This document shows, piece after piece, positions 18,807-27,031 of a stretch of 64,000 nucleotides of DNA (positions are counted from its first letter, which is position 1; each line of letters starts with the position of its first letter). The position numbers and the translations under genes are program-made. The DNA lies in contig JBALVY010000011.1 of NCBI GenBank assembly GCA_036960375.1, positions 69,290 to 133,289 on the forward strand, written 5' to 3'. Source of the DNA: Pseudomonadales bacterium. Lineage in GTDB: Bacteria; Pseudomonadota; Gammaproteobacteria; Pseudomonadales; CAWVSB01. The notes beneath the pieces were generated by a model. The model ran no database searches. It saw only the letters and a list, made by a program, of their open reading frames with translations, and was not told the origin of the DNA.

Positions 18807-20057
18807 TTATGGTCCAGGCTCACTCGAGAGTATCCCACTCCGGATCTGATATTGAGTTTGAAGAGACTCAATGGCGTCGTTGATCTGGCTTTCACCGGTT
18901 TTGTTATCAACCCACAACTCACCGGCCGTGGCTCCATAACCACCAAACTGAACAGCTTCCAAGGTGGGCATATATCCCAATGATCCGTTTGTGTATCCCA
19001 AAAAAAACGTGTGATTTATCGGACTCTGCAACTTAATCCTTTCTCCGAATTCATTGAAAAACTCACCGGAGAAGCTTGCCAGTGCGATATTGTCTGTCAA
19101 TATGAGTGTATTGATTTCGGCAGGTACGGCGTCAATGTCGCTCGGCTCAAAAATGACAGGTAATACATAGCGCAAATTATCAAAACTGAAATTGCCATGC
19201 GCCTGATAGTTATTAATCCCGCGAACAATCTCTATCACTTCAGCGGCGAGCCTTTCCCCCAACTGATTTGATTTTTCAAGCGACAACGCGGTTGGCTTTG
19301 TATCTGCATCGTAGGGGTTTACATCGCCCGCTGCGCCGAGAACAAATAGTGTTTCGCCTTCTCCTTGCTGCTTCAAACTATTGGCCAATTGGCCCGGATA
19401 GTCTGCCGAAACAACGACATTATTCAGATCCATTGTCACGACGGGGTGGGCACTGTAATTGACTATATTAACCAATGTCTCGCCGTTAATTTTTTGCAAA
19501 TTAATTACACCCACAGACTGATCGACACTACGATTTGGCTTTCGGGCCGGATTCGTCCATAACATTTCGACACTGTCATCAGTATGGCGAACGATACGAT
19601 TATAAGCTTCGTCCAGCGTACCTTCCGAGGCGCCTATTTTAACCGCCTGCAGCTTTGCACCTGCTGCTTCTATGGCAGAGACTATCTTTCCTTTTAATGC
19701 CCCGTAATTGTTATTACCCACGTACCCTGAATGGGAATGAGTAATACTGAGAAATATCTGATTAAATGAACTTTGCTCTCTTAGACCCTCCAGCAGTTCC
19801 GCGTAGACCATTGAAGGTATAAACATCAAGTCCAGAGAGATGAAGGCTATACGGCTGAGTCCATCAGACAATATCAATGCCCTGGCATATATAGGGTCCG
19901 AGATGTCCCCCACCGTCTTGGGGCCGGACTGCAAGGTATCCACAACATCTTTATGAGCGACCGGGGTGATTGCCACTTTAGAAAAACCCGCTTCAAATTC
20001 TCCGGCCATGATCAAGGAACTACCCATAATGAACATTAAGTACAATAATACTCTCAC
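18807..20057 (-). CDS. Secreted neutral-ceramidase-like zinc amidohydrolase
   Basis: PIYARALIL, THSHSG, NYSAHPV, SADYPG, GAAGDVNP, GYMPT...GGYG; GTG start at 20057 gives a plausible signal peptide (start uncertain). Confidence 0.75.
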   Translation of the reverse strand: MRVLLYLMFIMGSSLIMAGEFEAGFSKVAITPVAHKDVVDTLQSGPKTVGDISDPIYARALILSDGLSRIAFISLDLMFIPSMVYAELLEGLREQSSFNQIFLSITHSHSGYVGNNNYGALKGKIVSAIEAAGAKLQAVKIGASEGTLDEAYNRIVRHTDDSVEMLWTNPARKPNRSVDQSVGVINLQKINGETLVNIVNYSAHPVVTMDLNNVVVSADYPGQLANSLKQQGEGETLFVLGAAGDVNPYDADTKPTALSLEKSNQLGERLAAEVIEIVRGINNYQAHGNFSFDNLRYVLPVIFEPSDIDAVPAEINTLILTDNIALASFSGEFFNEFGERIKLQSPINHTFFLGYTNGSLGYMPTLEAVQFGGYGATAGELWVDNKTGESQINDAIESLQTQYQIRSGILSSEPGP

Positions 20058-20458
20058 AGTTTTCCCGCTAATATTTGCTGGCGGCGGTTTCACCAATACA
20101 CCCGTAGAAACGCCCTGCATCAGCGTAGCTCTCTGTGTCTCGCAATGGCGTCTATGATAATCACCAGAGCATCGGAAATACCAGTGCTAATCGTTGAAGC
20201 GGGTTTTAAATACGACGACCTCCGAAAGTCCCGGTTTTGCCCATTGCCTGGGCTTTCACGCCAACTCTTTGCCCGAATATCCGTACTCTTGGTATTTTAC
20301 TCGGCGATGCGCCTGATAAGGCTGAGATTTACCACAGAAATGGAGACAACTAAATCTGCGCGTGCATGCTACTGCCTGTACACGAATGACCTCAGGTCTG
20401 TTATTCTAGCGCATTCAAGAATTGCTCGAGCAAAACAGCTCAACAAGGAACTACTGGC

Positions 20459-22147
20459 ATGGCTTACAATCGTCGCTCAAAAAATATTACCCAAGGCGTG
20501 GAGCGAGCTCCCAACCGCTCAATGTATTACGGCCTGGGCTACACCGAGGATGATTTCAGCAAGCCCATGATTGGGGTTGCCAACGGGCACTCCACCATCA
20601 CGCCCTGTAACGCAGGCCTGCAGGTACTGGCAGATGCTGCAGTTGAGGCTCTCCGAGCGTCCGGTGCCAATCCACAGATTTTCGGCACACCGACCATCAG
20701 CGATGGCATGGCGATGGGCACCGAAGGTATGAAATACAGCCTGGTATCGCGAGAAGTGATTGCCGACTGTATCGAAACCTGTGTTGGCGGACAGTGGATG
20801 GACGGCGTATTGGTTGTCGGCGGCTGTGACAAAAATATGCCTGGCGGCATGATGGGAATGTTACGAGCCAACGTGCCCTCTATTTTTGTCTATGGCGGCA
20901 CCATCTTACCCGGCCGGTACAAAGGCGAGGATCTTAACATCGTCAGCGTATTTGAAGCTGTGGGGGAATACAGCGCGGGACGGATTAGCGAGGACGATTT
21001 GATCGCAATTGAGCGCCACGCCATTCCGGGCAATGGCGCCTGTGGTGGCATGTACACCGCTAACTCCATGAGTTCTGCCTTTGAAGCGCTCGGCCTCAGC
21101 CTGCCCTACTCCAGCACCATGGCCAATGTTGAGCACGAGAAGCTGGAAAGTGCCCGGCGCAGCGCAGAAGTTCTAGTTGAAGCGGTCAAGCTGGATATCA
21201 AGCCACGCGATATCGTGACTCGCAAGTCGATTGAAAACGCCGTGGCGGTGGTTATGGCCACTGGTGGTTCAACCAATGCCGTTCTGCACTTCCTGGCCAT
21301 CGCACATGCGGCAGAAGTGGCATGGACCATCGATGATTTCGAGCGTATGCGCAAAAAAGTGCCCGTGCTGTGTGACCTGAAACCCAGCGGTAAATACATG
21401 GCTATTGATCTACACCGTGCAGGCGGTATCCCGCAGGTGATGAAGACTCTGCTTGAAGCCGGGCTATTACACGGTGACTGCCTCACTATTTCCGGCCAGA
21501 CAATTGCCGAGACCTTGGCGGACATTCCGGCTGAGCCATCTGTGAATCAGGATGTTATCCGCCCGATGAATAAACCACTATATGCATCAGGACACCTAGC
21601 CATACTGCGCGGCAACCTGGCGGAAGAAGGTTCTGTTGCCAAGATTACCGGCCTCAAAAACCCGGTAATGACCGGCCCGGCGCGCGTATTCGAAGATGAG
21701 CAAAGCGCGCTAGATGCGATCATGGCCAAGCAGATCACAGCGGGCGATGTCATGGTGCTGCGTTACCTGGGACCGCGAGGCGGTCCGGGCATGCCCGAAA
21801 TGCTGGCTCCAACCAGCGCCCTAATCGGCCAGGGTCTGGGTGAGTCGGTTGGCCTGATCACCGATGGACGTTTTTCGGGAGGCACCTGGGGCATGGTGGT
21901 AGGGCACGTGGCACCTGAGGCCTACGCCGGAGGTTTAATCGCGCTGGTTGAAGAAGGTGATTCGATCACTATCGATTCCCGCCAACTGTTGCTACAACTC
22001 AATGTAGAGCAAGCGCAGATCGATCGGCGCAGAGCGAGCTGGACACGACCCGCTCCCCGCTACCGTCGTGGGGTTCTGGCCAAATTTGCCCTCAATGCCG
22101 CCAGCGCCAGCCAAGGTGCAGTGCTCGATCTTATCGAGCCGGAATGA
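20459..22147 (+). CDS. ilvD: Dihydroxy-acid dehydratase
   Basis: [50 protein letters not shown]. Confidence 0.96.
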   Translation: MAYNRRSKNITQGVERAPNRSMYYGLGYTEDDFSKPMIGVANGHSTITPCNAGLQVLADAAVEALRASGANPQIFGTPTISDGMAMGTEGMKYSLVSREVIADCIETCVGGQWMDGVLVVGGCDKNMPGGMMGMLRANVPSIFVYGGTILPGRYKGEDLNIVSVFEAVGEYSAGRISEDDLIAIERHAIPGNGACGGMYTANSMSSAFEALGLSLPYSSTMANVEHEKLESARRSAEVLVEAVKLDIKPRDIVTRKSIENAVAVVMATGGSTNAVLHFLAIAHAAEVAWTIDDFERMRKKVPVLCDLKPSGKYMAIDLHRAGGIPQVMKTLLEAGLLHGDCLTISGQTIAETLADIPAEPSVNQDVIRPMNKPLYASGHLAILRGNLAEEGSVAKITGLKNPVMTGPARVFEDEQSALDAIMAKQITAGDVMVLRYLGPRGGPGMPEMLAPTSALIGQGLGESVGLITDGRFSGGTWGMVVGHVAPEAYAGGLIALVEEGDSITIDSRQLLLQLNVEQAQIDRRRASWTRPAPRYRRGVLAKFALNAASASQGAVLDLIEPE

Positions 22148-22150
22148 GAT

Positions 22151-22429
22151 CTATCGCCTTGAATTTAAAATTTTGGCCACCGCACGATCACTACCCAATA
22201 GGCAAATAATCAAGCCATATACACCTAAACCACCAAAAATCAGTACCGGAAACAGATAAGTAGATTCCTCTCCCCTACTGACAAAAAAACCAGCCACACC
22301 GAGGGCTGTAAAGACGCTGCTCATAAAGCCCAGAATTAAACGATGTGAGCGTTTATAGACGTAGGCTTGATCACCAGATTCCAGCCCTTTCAGCAATGGG
22401 GCAAATAAACGTCTTAGTAGATTTTTCAT
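22151..22429 (-). CDS. Small hypothetical membrane protein (two hydrophobic helices)
   Basis: Clean ORF filling the gap between ilvD and the next gene; conserved-looking GSDRAVAKI tail. Confidence 0.65.
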   Translation of the reverse strand: MKNLLRRLFAPLLKGLESGDQAYVYKRSHRLILGFMSSVFTALGVAGFFVSRGEESTYLFPVLIFGGLGVYGLIICLLGSDRAVAKILNSRR

Positions 22430-22525
22430 AATATTATTTATAGACACTCTGGACCAGTTTTACACCCAATGGTATTGCCTGCAGCATCAGAAATAAATAG
22501 TAATCCGTCATAGAAAGCAGGCAAA

Positions 22526-22554
22526 GCAATAAAAGCAATAAAAGCAATAAAAGC
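22526..22554. repeat. Tandem repeat (GCAATAAAA)x3 + GC
   Basis: Read directly; abuts the stop codon of the LLM gene at 22555. Confidence 0.9.
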
Positions 22555-23571
22555 TTATAACACGGCCTCGGCCATAAAGCGTATGGTCTCTAGCGTTTCA
22601 GGTACATTATCCTTACGACCAACCAGCAAAGTGGTGACGCCGGATTTTTTCCAATCCTGCAGGCGTTCAATAATCCGCTCTTTGGGGCCACACAATGCAG
22701 TTTCATCACAGAGCGCATCGGGTACAGCTTTCACTGCAGCTTCGATATCTCCAGCCATATACAGTTCTTGTACACGGGCCGCCTCTTCACCAAAACCCAT
22801 GCGATCCATCAGGTTCTTATGGAAATTTTCCTTCTGCGCACCCATGCCACCTAGATAGAGCGCCATAGTCCATTTAATAGGCAATAGCGCCTCTTCCAAA
22901 TTATCATTAATACTGACGTTAACAGTGGATGCTATTTCAAAATCATCGGGTTTATTGGCCAGTGACTCATCAAAAATGTTCATCCTGTAAGGTGATACAA
23001 AGATAGGCAACCAACCGTCAAACTGGTCTGCCGCCAAAGCAATATTCTTGGGTCCTTCAGCACCCAGAAAGACAGGTATTCTGCTGCGCAATGGATGGGT
23101 AATACTTTTTAGCGGCTTACCCAGTCCCATGCCACCTTTGAGCGGCAATTGATACTGGTTACCGTCCAGTGTTACTGGTCCTTCTCTTGCAATAACCTGG
23201 CGAAAAATATCTATCCACTCTCGAGTTCTTTCCAATGGACGGTTAAATGGCTGGCCATACCAACCTTCAACCACCTGCGGGCCAGATACACCAATACCCA
23301 AGCTCAAGCGACCGTTAGACAGGTGATCAAGTGTCAGTGCCGACATAGCGGCACACACTGGCGTGCGGGCCGAGATCTGCAATACGCCAGTACAGAGACC
23401 AATTTTGGATGTATGCGCGCCGATCCACGACAGCGGAGTCAAAGCATCAGAGCCGTAGGCCTCTGCCGTCCAAACCGAGTCATAGCCCAGGTTTTCTGCC
23501 TCCTGAGCCATTTCAACCATGCCTGAAATCGGGCCTTTCTGCCAATAACCCATTTGTAAGCCGAGTTTCAT
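22555..23571 (-). CDS. LLM-class oxidoreductase, probable F420-dependent Rv3520c-like family
   Basis: MKLGLQMGYW, AEAYGSDA, QISARTP, GVSGPQVVEGWYG, GAEGPKNI. Confidence 0.88.
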   Translation of the reverse strand: MKLGLQMGYWQKGPISGMVEMAQEAENLGYDSVWTAEAYGSDALTPLSWIGAHTSKIGLCTGVLQISARTPVCAAMSALTLDHLSNGRLSLGIGVSGPQVVEGWYGQPFNRPLERTREWIDIFRQVIAREGPVTLDGNQYQLPLKGGMGLGKPLKSITHPLRSRIPVFLGAEGPKNIALAADQFDGWLPIFVSPYRMNIFDESLANKPDDFEIASTVNVSINDNLEEALLPIKWTMALYLGGMGAQKENFHKNLMDRMGFGEEAARVQELYMAGDIEAAVKAVPDALCDETALCGPKERIIERLQDWKKSGVTTLLVGRKDNVPETLETIRFMAEAVL

Positions 23572-23641
23572 CTATCATCTCCTAATGCTGATTTAACACC
23601 ATCTTGCCACAGCTATCCTCGTTGTTAGATAGCATTTACAG

Positions 23642-26600
23642 TCAACTTTCACTGACCATTTGCATCACCCCCAGCAAAGGAAAGTACAAGGCCGCCTGTA
23701 TTCGCTGTTCACCCTGTGTCGAAGCCAGCGCTGTATAATTGGCCAACTGCTGACTATATTGCGCCACCTGCTGAATAAGGAAAGATTCAACGGCCTGACC
23801 TTCAGCTGGAGAACTGGTTTTATAGTCGATCACCCAGCGTTTGTTATCCTCTACAAAACTGCGATCAATTATATAGTGCTCAACACCCCACTCTCCCAGC
23901 TTACTCAGCGGCCATTCATTGTGCGCATCAACATGCTCAGCTAGTAACCATCGACCTGTATCACTGTCCAAGGTGCAGCTAATCGCTTGAACTACACGCT
24001 TGACCGCTTCATCCAGAGCATTGTCTTTTACCCCCAGCTGCCATAAACGCAAACGCCAGGCCGGCTGCAGACTTTCTATTCTTTGCTTATCCCAGTTCAA
24101 CAAACCTTCTACGGCGATCAGCTCCAGTATTTCGTGCACAAGCGTGCCGACATGCACTTCTCCGCCGTGAATGCTCTCCGTAGCCGAACCTTCCGCCTCG
24201 CCTGCATCAACTGGCTCATGAGTTTGCGATACGGGTACTGCCAGCCTTTGTTCAAAACCAGCCGCTAAACGACGCAAAGCCGGAATTACCTTCTCTAGCG
24301 GTGGCTCTTCCATATTAGCTTCGGCAATAATTCCCACATCATCTTTTACTCCATCCCAAATCATTGCTAACAAACTATTGGCAGCCGGTTTGGCATAGCA
24401 GGATTTTTTGGCATCACTCTTAATATTGGCTATCAGGAATAGGCTGCTTTTTGCCCGGGTACAGGCCACATACAACAGTCGAGTTGCCTCCAGCTTCTGT
24501 GCTCTGGAGTTTTCAGCGTGCAAAAAATCATATAATGGATTGCTGCGATTGAGCGTATCCAGTGCCGATAGAGACAAGCCCTTTGTACCATCGGCAAAAG
24601 CCTGTTCGTGCCAGTAAAGTAGCGGTTTATCGGGAGACCGTGAGCTTCTATCCAGCCCGGGTAAAATGACGGTATCGAATTCAAGCCCTTTGGATTTATG
24701 AATAGTCATTATCTGCACTGCGTCTTCAACATCGACCGGTTTGGCATAAAGTTTATCGACGCCCTGAGATAACTTCTGCAGACTAAGCCCGTCTGGTTCA
24801 GCAGCGAGCACTTCAACTAGCTCCAGATAACTATCAACATCTTGCCATTGTGCTGAATCCTGTAGGGTGAAAGGGCCACCCAATGCCTGCCAACAACCCT
24901 CAATCCAGCAGCGCATATCTTTTCTGCCTCGCTCCTGCCAGGCCGCCCTTAATACCGTCATTGTTCTTTGCAGCGAGTGAGAACCTTCTACGCTGATATC
25001 GACAATAGTCGATAGATCTCCCGTTAACAGTAGGGCTGCCAACCTAGCCCCTGCGGTCTCTACAATCGAGTGAATATCGGCTAATCGCAATCCGCACCAC
25101 GGTGCTCGTAACACCGCTAGCCAAGCGACCGAATCTGCCGGGTTGATTAATACACGGGTCAGAGACTGCAGGTCAACAACCGCTTCTCGTTGTGACAGAG
25201 GGTCGATGTCAGTGGCCTTCCAGGCGAGTTTGGCGCGCCCAAGCGCTGGCAGAATATCGCGTAAATGACCTCGATTGCGCACAAGAATAGCAATGCTCTC
25301 CTGTGAGCCTGCTGCTCTACGGCTGGCGATTAAGTCAACCACGGTTTGTGCTTCAACCTGCCGGTCAGTTTGATCGGCTGCTGCTAGTAACTCCACGCCA
25401 TGGCCAACTACCTCACCATCGGAGGCATGAGCATGCAGGTACGGCACCCCCCCTCGTAACAAGTCAGAGCGCGGCGGAAAGGCATCGACAAAGACACGGT
25501 TATACCAATCGACAACGGCTGCCTGCGAGCGAAAATTATGCGACAGCTGGACATCTTCGAGATGTAGATCACCAATGCCGCTTTCGCGGGCCTGTAAAAA
25601 CAGACCAACCTTTGCAGCACGAAACGCGTAAATTGATTGCATGCCATCACCCACAACAAACAGGGTTCTCGGGTTTTCAACCTGAGCGTGATAGTCCTCT
25701 GCCCAACTGGCAGTTAAACGCTTGATTAATTCAAATTGCGGCAATGATGTATCCTGAAACTCATCAACAAGAATATGATCCAGGCGATAATCCCAGCGCA
25801 GCTGAACATCACTTGTTTCTAATTCTCCACCCAGTGCTCTAAGCGCCGCCAGCGTAATTTCTGCATGATCACACTGACCAGTACGTGCAAACACCAACTG
25901 CATGTGCCCCACGGCATTCAACAATACGTGGGTCAGGGGTTTCAAGATATCCCACTGCGCATCCTGATAGTAGCTAAGAGGTAGTTCTCCGACGATTTTC
26001 AGTCTGTCTTCCAGTCCGGCCACTTCACTCAACTGCGCCATTAAATCCGACACCTGCCCCTTGCGCAGGGAATAAAGCGCTTTTAACTCGGGCTCACGTG
26101 CCGTACTCGGCGCCGGAAATCCAACGGCCTTAGTAAAACTTTTACGCAGCGTGCCACTGGTAGTCATCAACCAGCGGGCTATTATCTGCCATTGCTCTAA
26201 ACCATCAACATCGCAGGAAGGCAATTCATTGATACCCAGCAAGCCAAATACAGGGTTGTTCGGATCCAGATCCTTCAGTTGCTGCGCACAAAAATCCAGC
26301 AAACCGGCCATATCCGAGGCATAGGGTATTAACATAGCCTGCAAGGTCATTAGCTCTTGTGCTATCCAGGTTTCAATGGAGTCCATCAAAGCCTGTCTGG
26401 CGTTGTCATCGCCTGAAAAATTCACTACGTGACTCAGCCACTGATCCCTGTTTGCCAACAATGACGAAAGCAGCGCTCTCAGTTTTTCTCCATTATTATC
26501 CAGATATAAAAAAAGACTGGCCAAGTCATCGGATAAATCCGAAGAGCTTTCGAGTTCCGCCAGTAGACTATCAATAGCTTGCTGATAAAGCGGCTCAGCA

Positions 26601-27031
26601 TTATCGACGGGTTGAGGGTTGGCGCCAAAGCGGCTTAAGATTGGCTGATCTTTGGCAATACTTTGGCATAAACTATCAATGGTTTGAATGCGCAAGCGTG
26701 CAGGGTTTATCAGCAGTTGCCAGTTGTGTTGACGGTCTGCAGCCAAAGCTTGCTGGGCAAGTTGCCAGGTGTATTTCTTGTGTGCTTCATCTGGCACCTT
26801 TTCACTGTTACCCAGATGCAAAGCGGTGACGATACGTTCTCGCATTTCCGCCGCCGCTTTACGGGTAAAGGTCACTGCCAGTACTTGCTCTGGTCGCTCC
26901 GCACCAGCCAATAGCTTAAGCACCCGCTGAGTGAGTAACTCGGTCTTGCCAGAGCCTGCAGGCGCAGTAACACAAATAGACTTTTTGATATCCAGCGCCA
27001 GCTCCCTGGCATGTGCATCTACCGGAATCAT
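23642..27031 (-). CDS. addA: AddA-type UvrD helicase with C-terminal PD-(D/E)XK nuclease
   Basis: APAGSGKT, TFTRKAA, VDEFQDT, MTIHKSKGLEFD, LLYVACTRA, IIDR...VIDYKT; start MIPVD overlaps the addB stop (ATGA). Confidence 0.85.
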   Translation of the reverse strand: MIPVDAHARELALDIKKSICVTAPAGSGKTELLTQRVLKLLAGAERPEQVLAVTFTRKAAAEMRERIVTALHLGNSEKVPDEAHKKYTWQLAQQALAADRQHNWQLLINPARLRIQTIDSLCQSIAKDQPILSRFGANPQPVDNAEPLYQQAIDSLLAELESSSDLSDDLASLFLYLDNNGEKLRALLSSLLANRDQWLSHVVNFSGDDNARQALMDSIETWIAQELMTLQAMLIPYASDMAGLLDFCAQQLKDLDPNNPVFGLLGINELPSCDVDGLEQWQIIARWLMTTSGTLRKSFTKAVGFPAPSTAREPELKALYSLRKGQVSDLMAQLSEVAGLEDRLKIVGELPLSYYQDAQWDILKPLTHVLLNAVGHMQLVFARTGQCDHAEITLAALRALGGELETSDVQLRWDYRLDHILVDEFQDTSLPQFELIKRLTASWAEDYHAQVENPRTLFVVGDGMQSIYAFRAAKVGLFLQARESGIGDLHLEDVQLSHNFRSQAAVVDWYNRVFVDAFPPRSDLLRGGVPYLHAHASDGEVVGHGVELLAAADQTDRQVEAQTVVDLIASRRAAGSQESIAILVRNRGHLRDILPALGRAKLAWKATDIDPLSQREAVVDLQSLTRVLINPADSVAWLAVLRAPWCGLRLADIHSIVETAGARLAALLLTGDLSTIVDISVEGSHSLQRTMTVLRAAWQERGRKDMRCWIEGCWQALGGPFTLQDSAQWQDVDSYLELVEVLAAEPDGLSLQKLSQGVDKLYAKPVDVEDAVQIMTIHKSKGLEFDTVILPGLDRSSRSPDKPLLYWHEQAFADGTKGLSLSALDTLNRSNPLYDFLHAENSRAQKLEATRLLYVACTRAKSSLFLIANIKSDAKKSCYAKPAANSLLAMIWDGVKDDVGIIAEANMEEPPLEKVIPALRRLAAGFEQRLAVPVSQTHEPVDAGEAEGSATESIHGGEVHVGTLVHEILELIAVEGLLNWDKQRIESLQPAWRLRLWQLGVKDNALDEAVKRVVQAISCTLDSDTGRWLLAEHVDAHNEWPLSKLGEWGVEHYIIDRSFVEDNKRWVIDYKTSSPAEGQAVESFLIQQVAQYSQQLANYTALASTQGEQRIQAALYFPLLGVMQMVSES

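Noticed and set aside
20121-20458. ORF 20145-20570 and short frames such as GFAHCLGFHANSLPEYPYSWYF upstream of ilvD
   Set aside because: The ORF overlaps ilvD in another frame and shows no motif; treated as intergenic.
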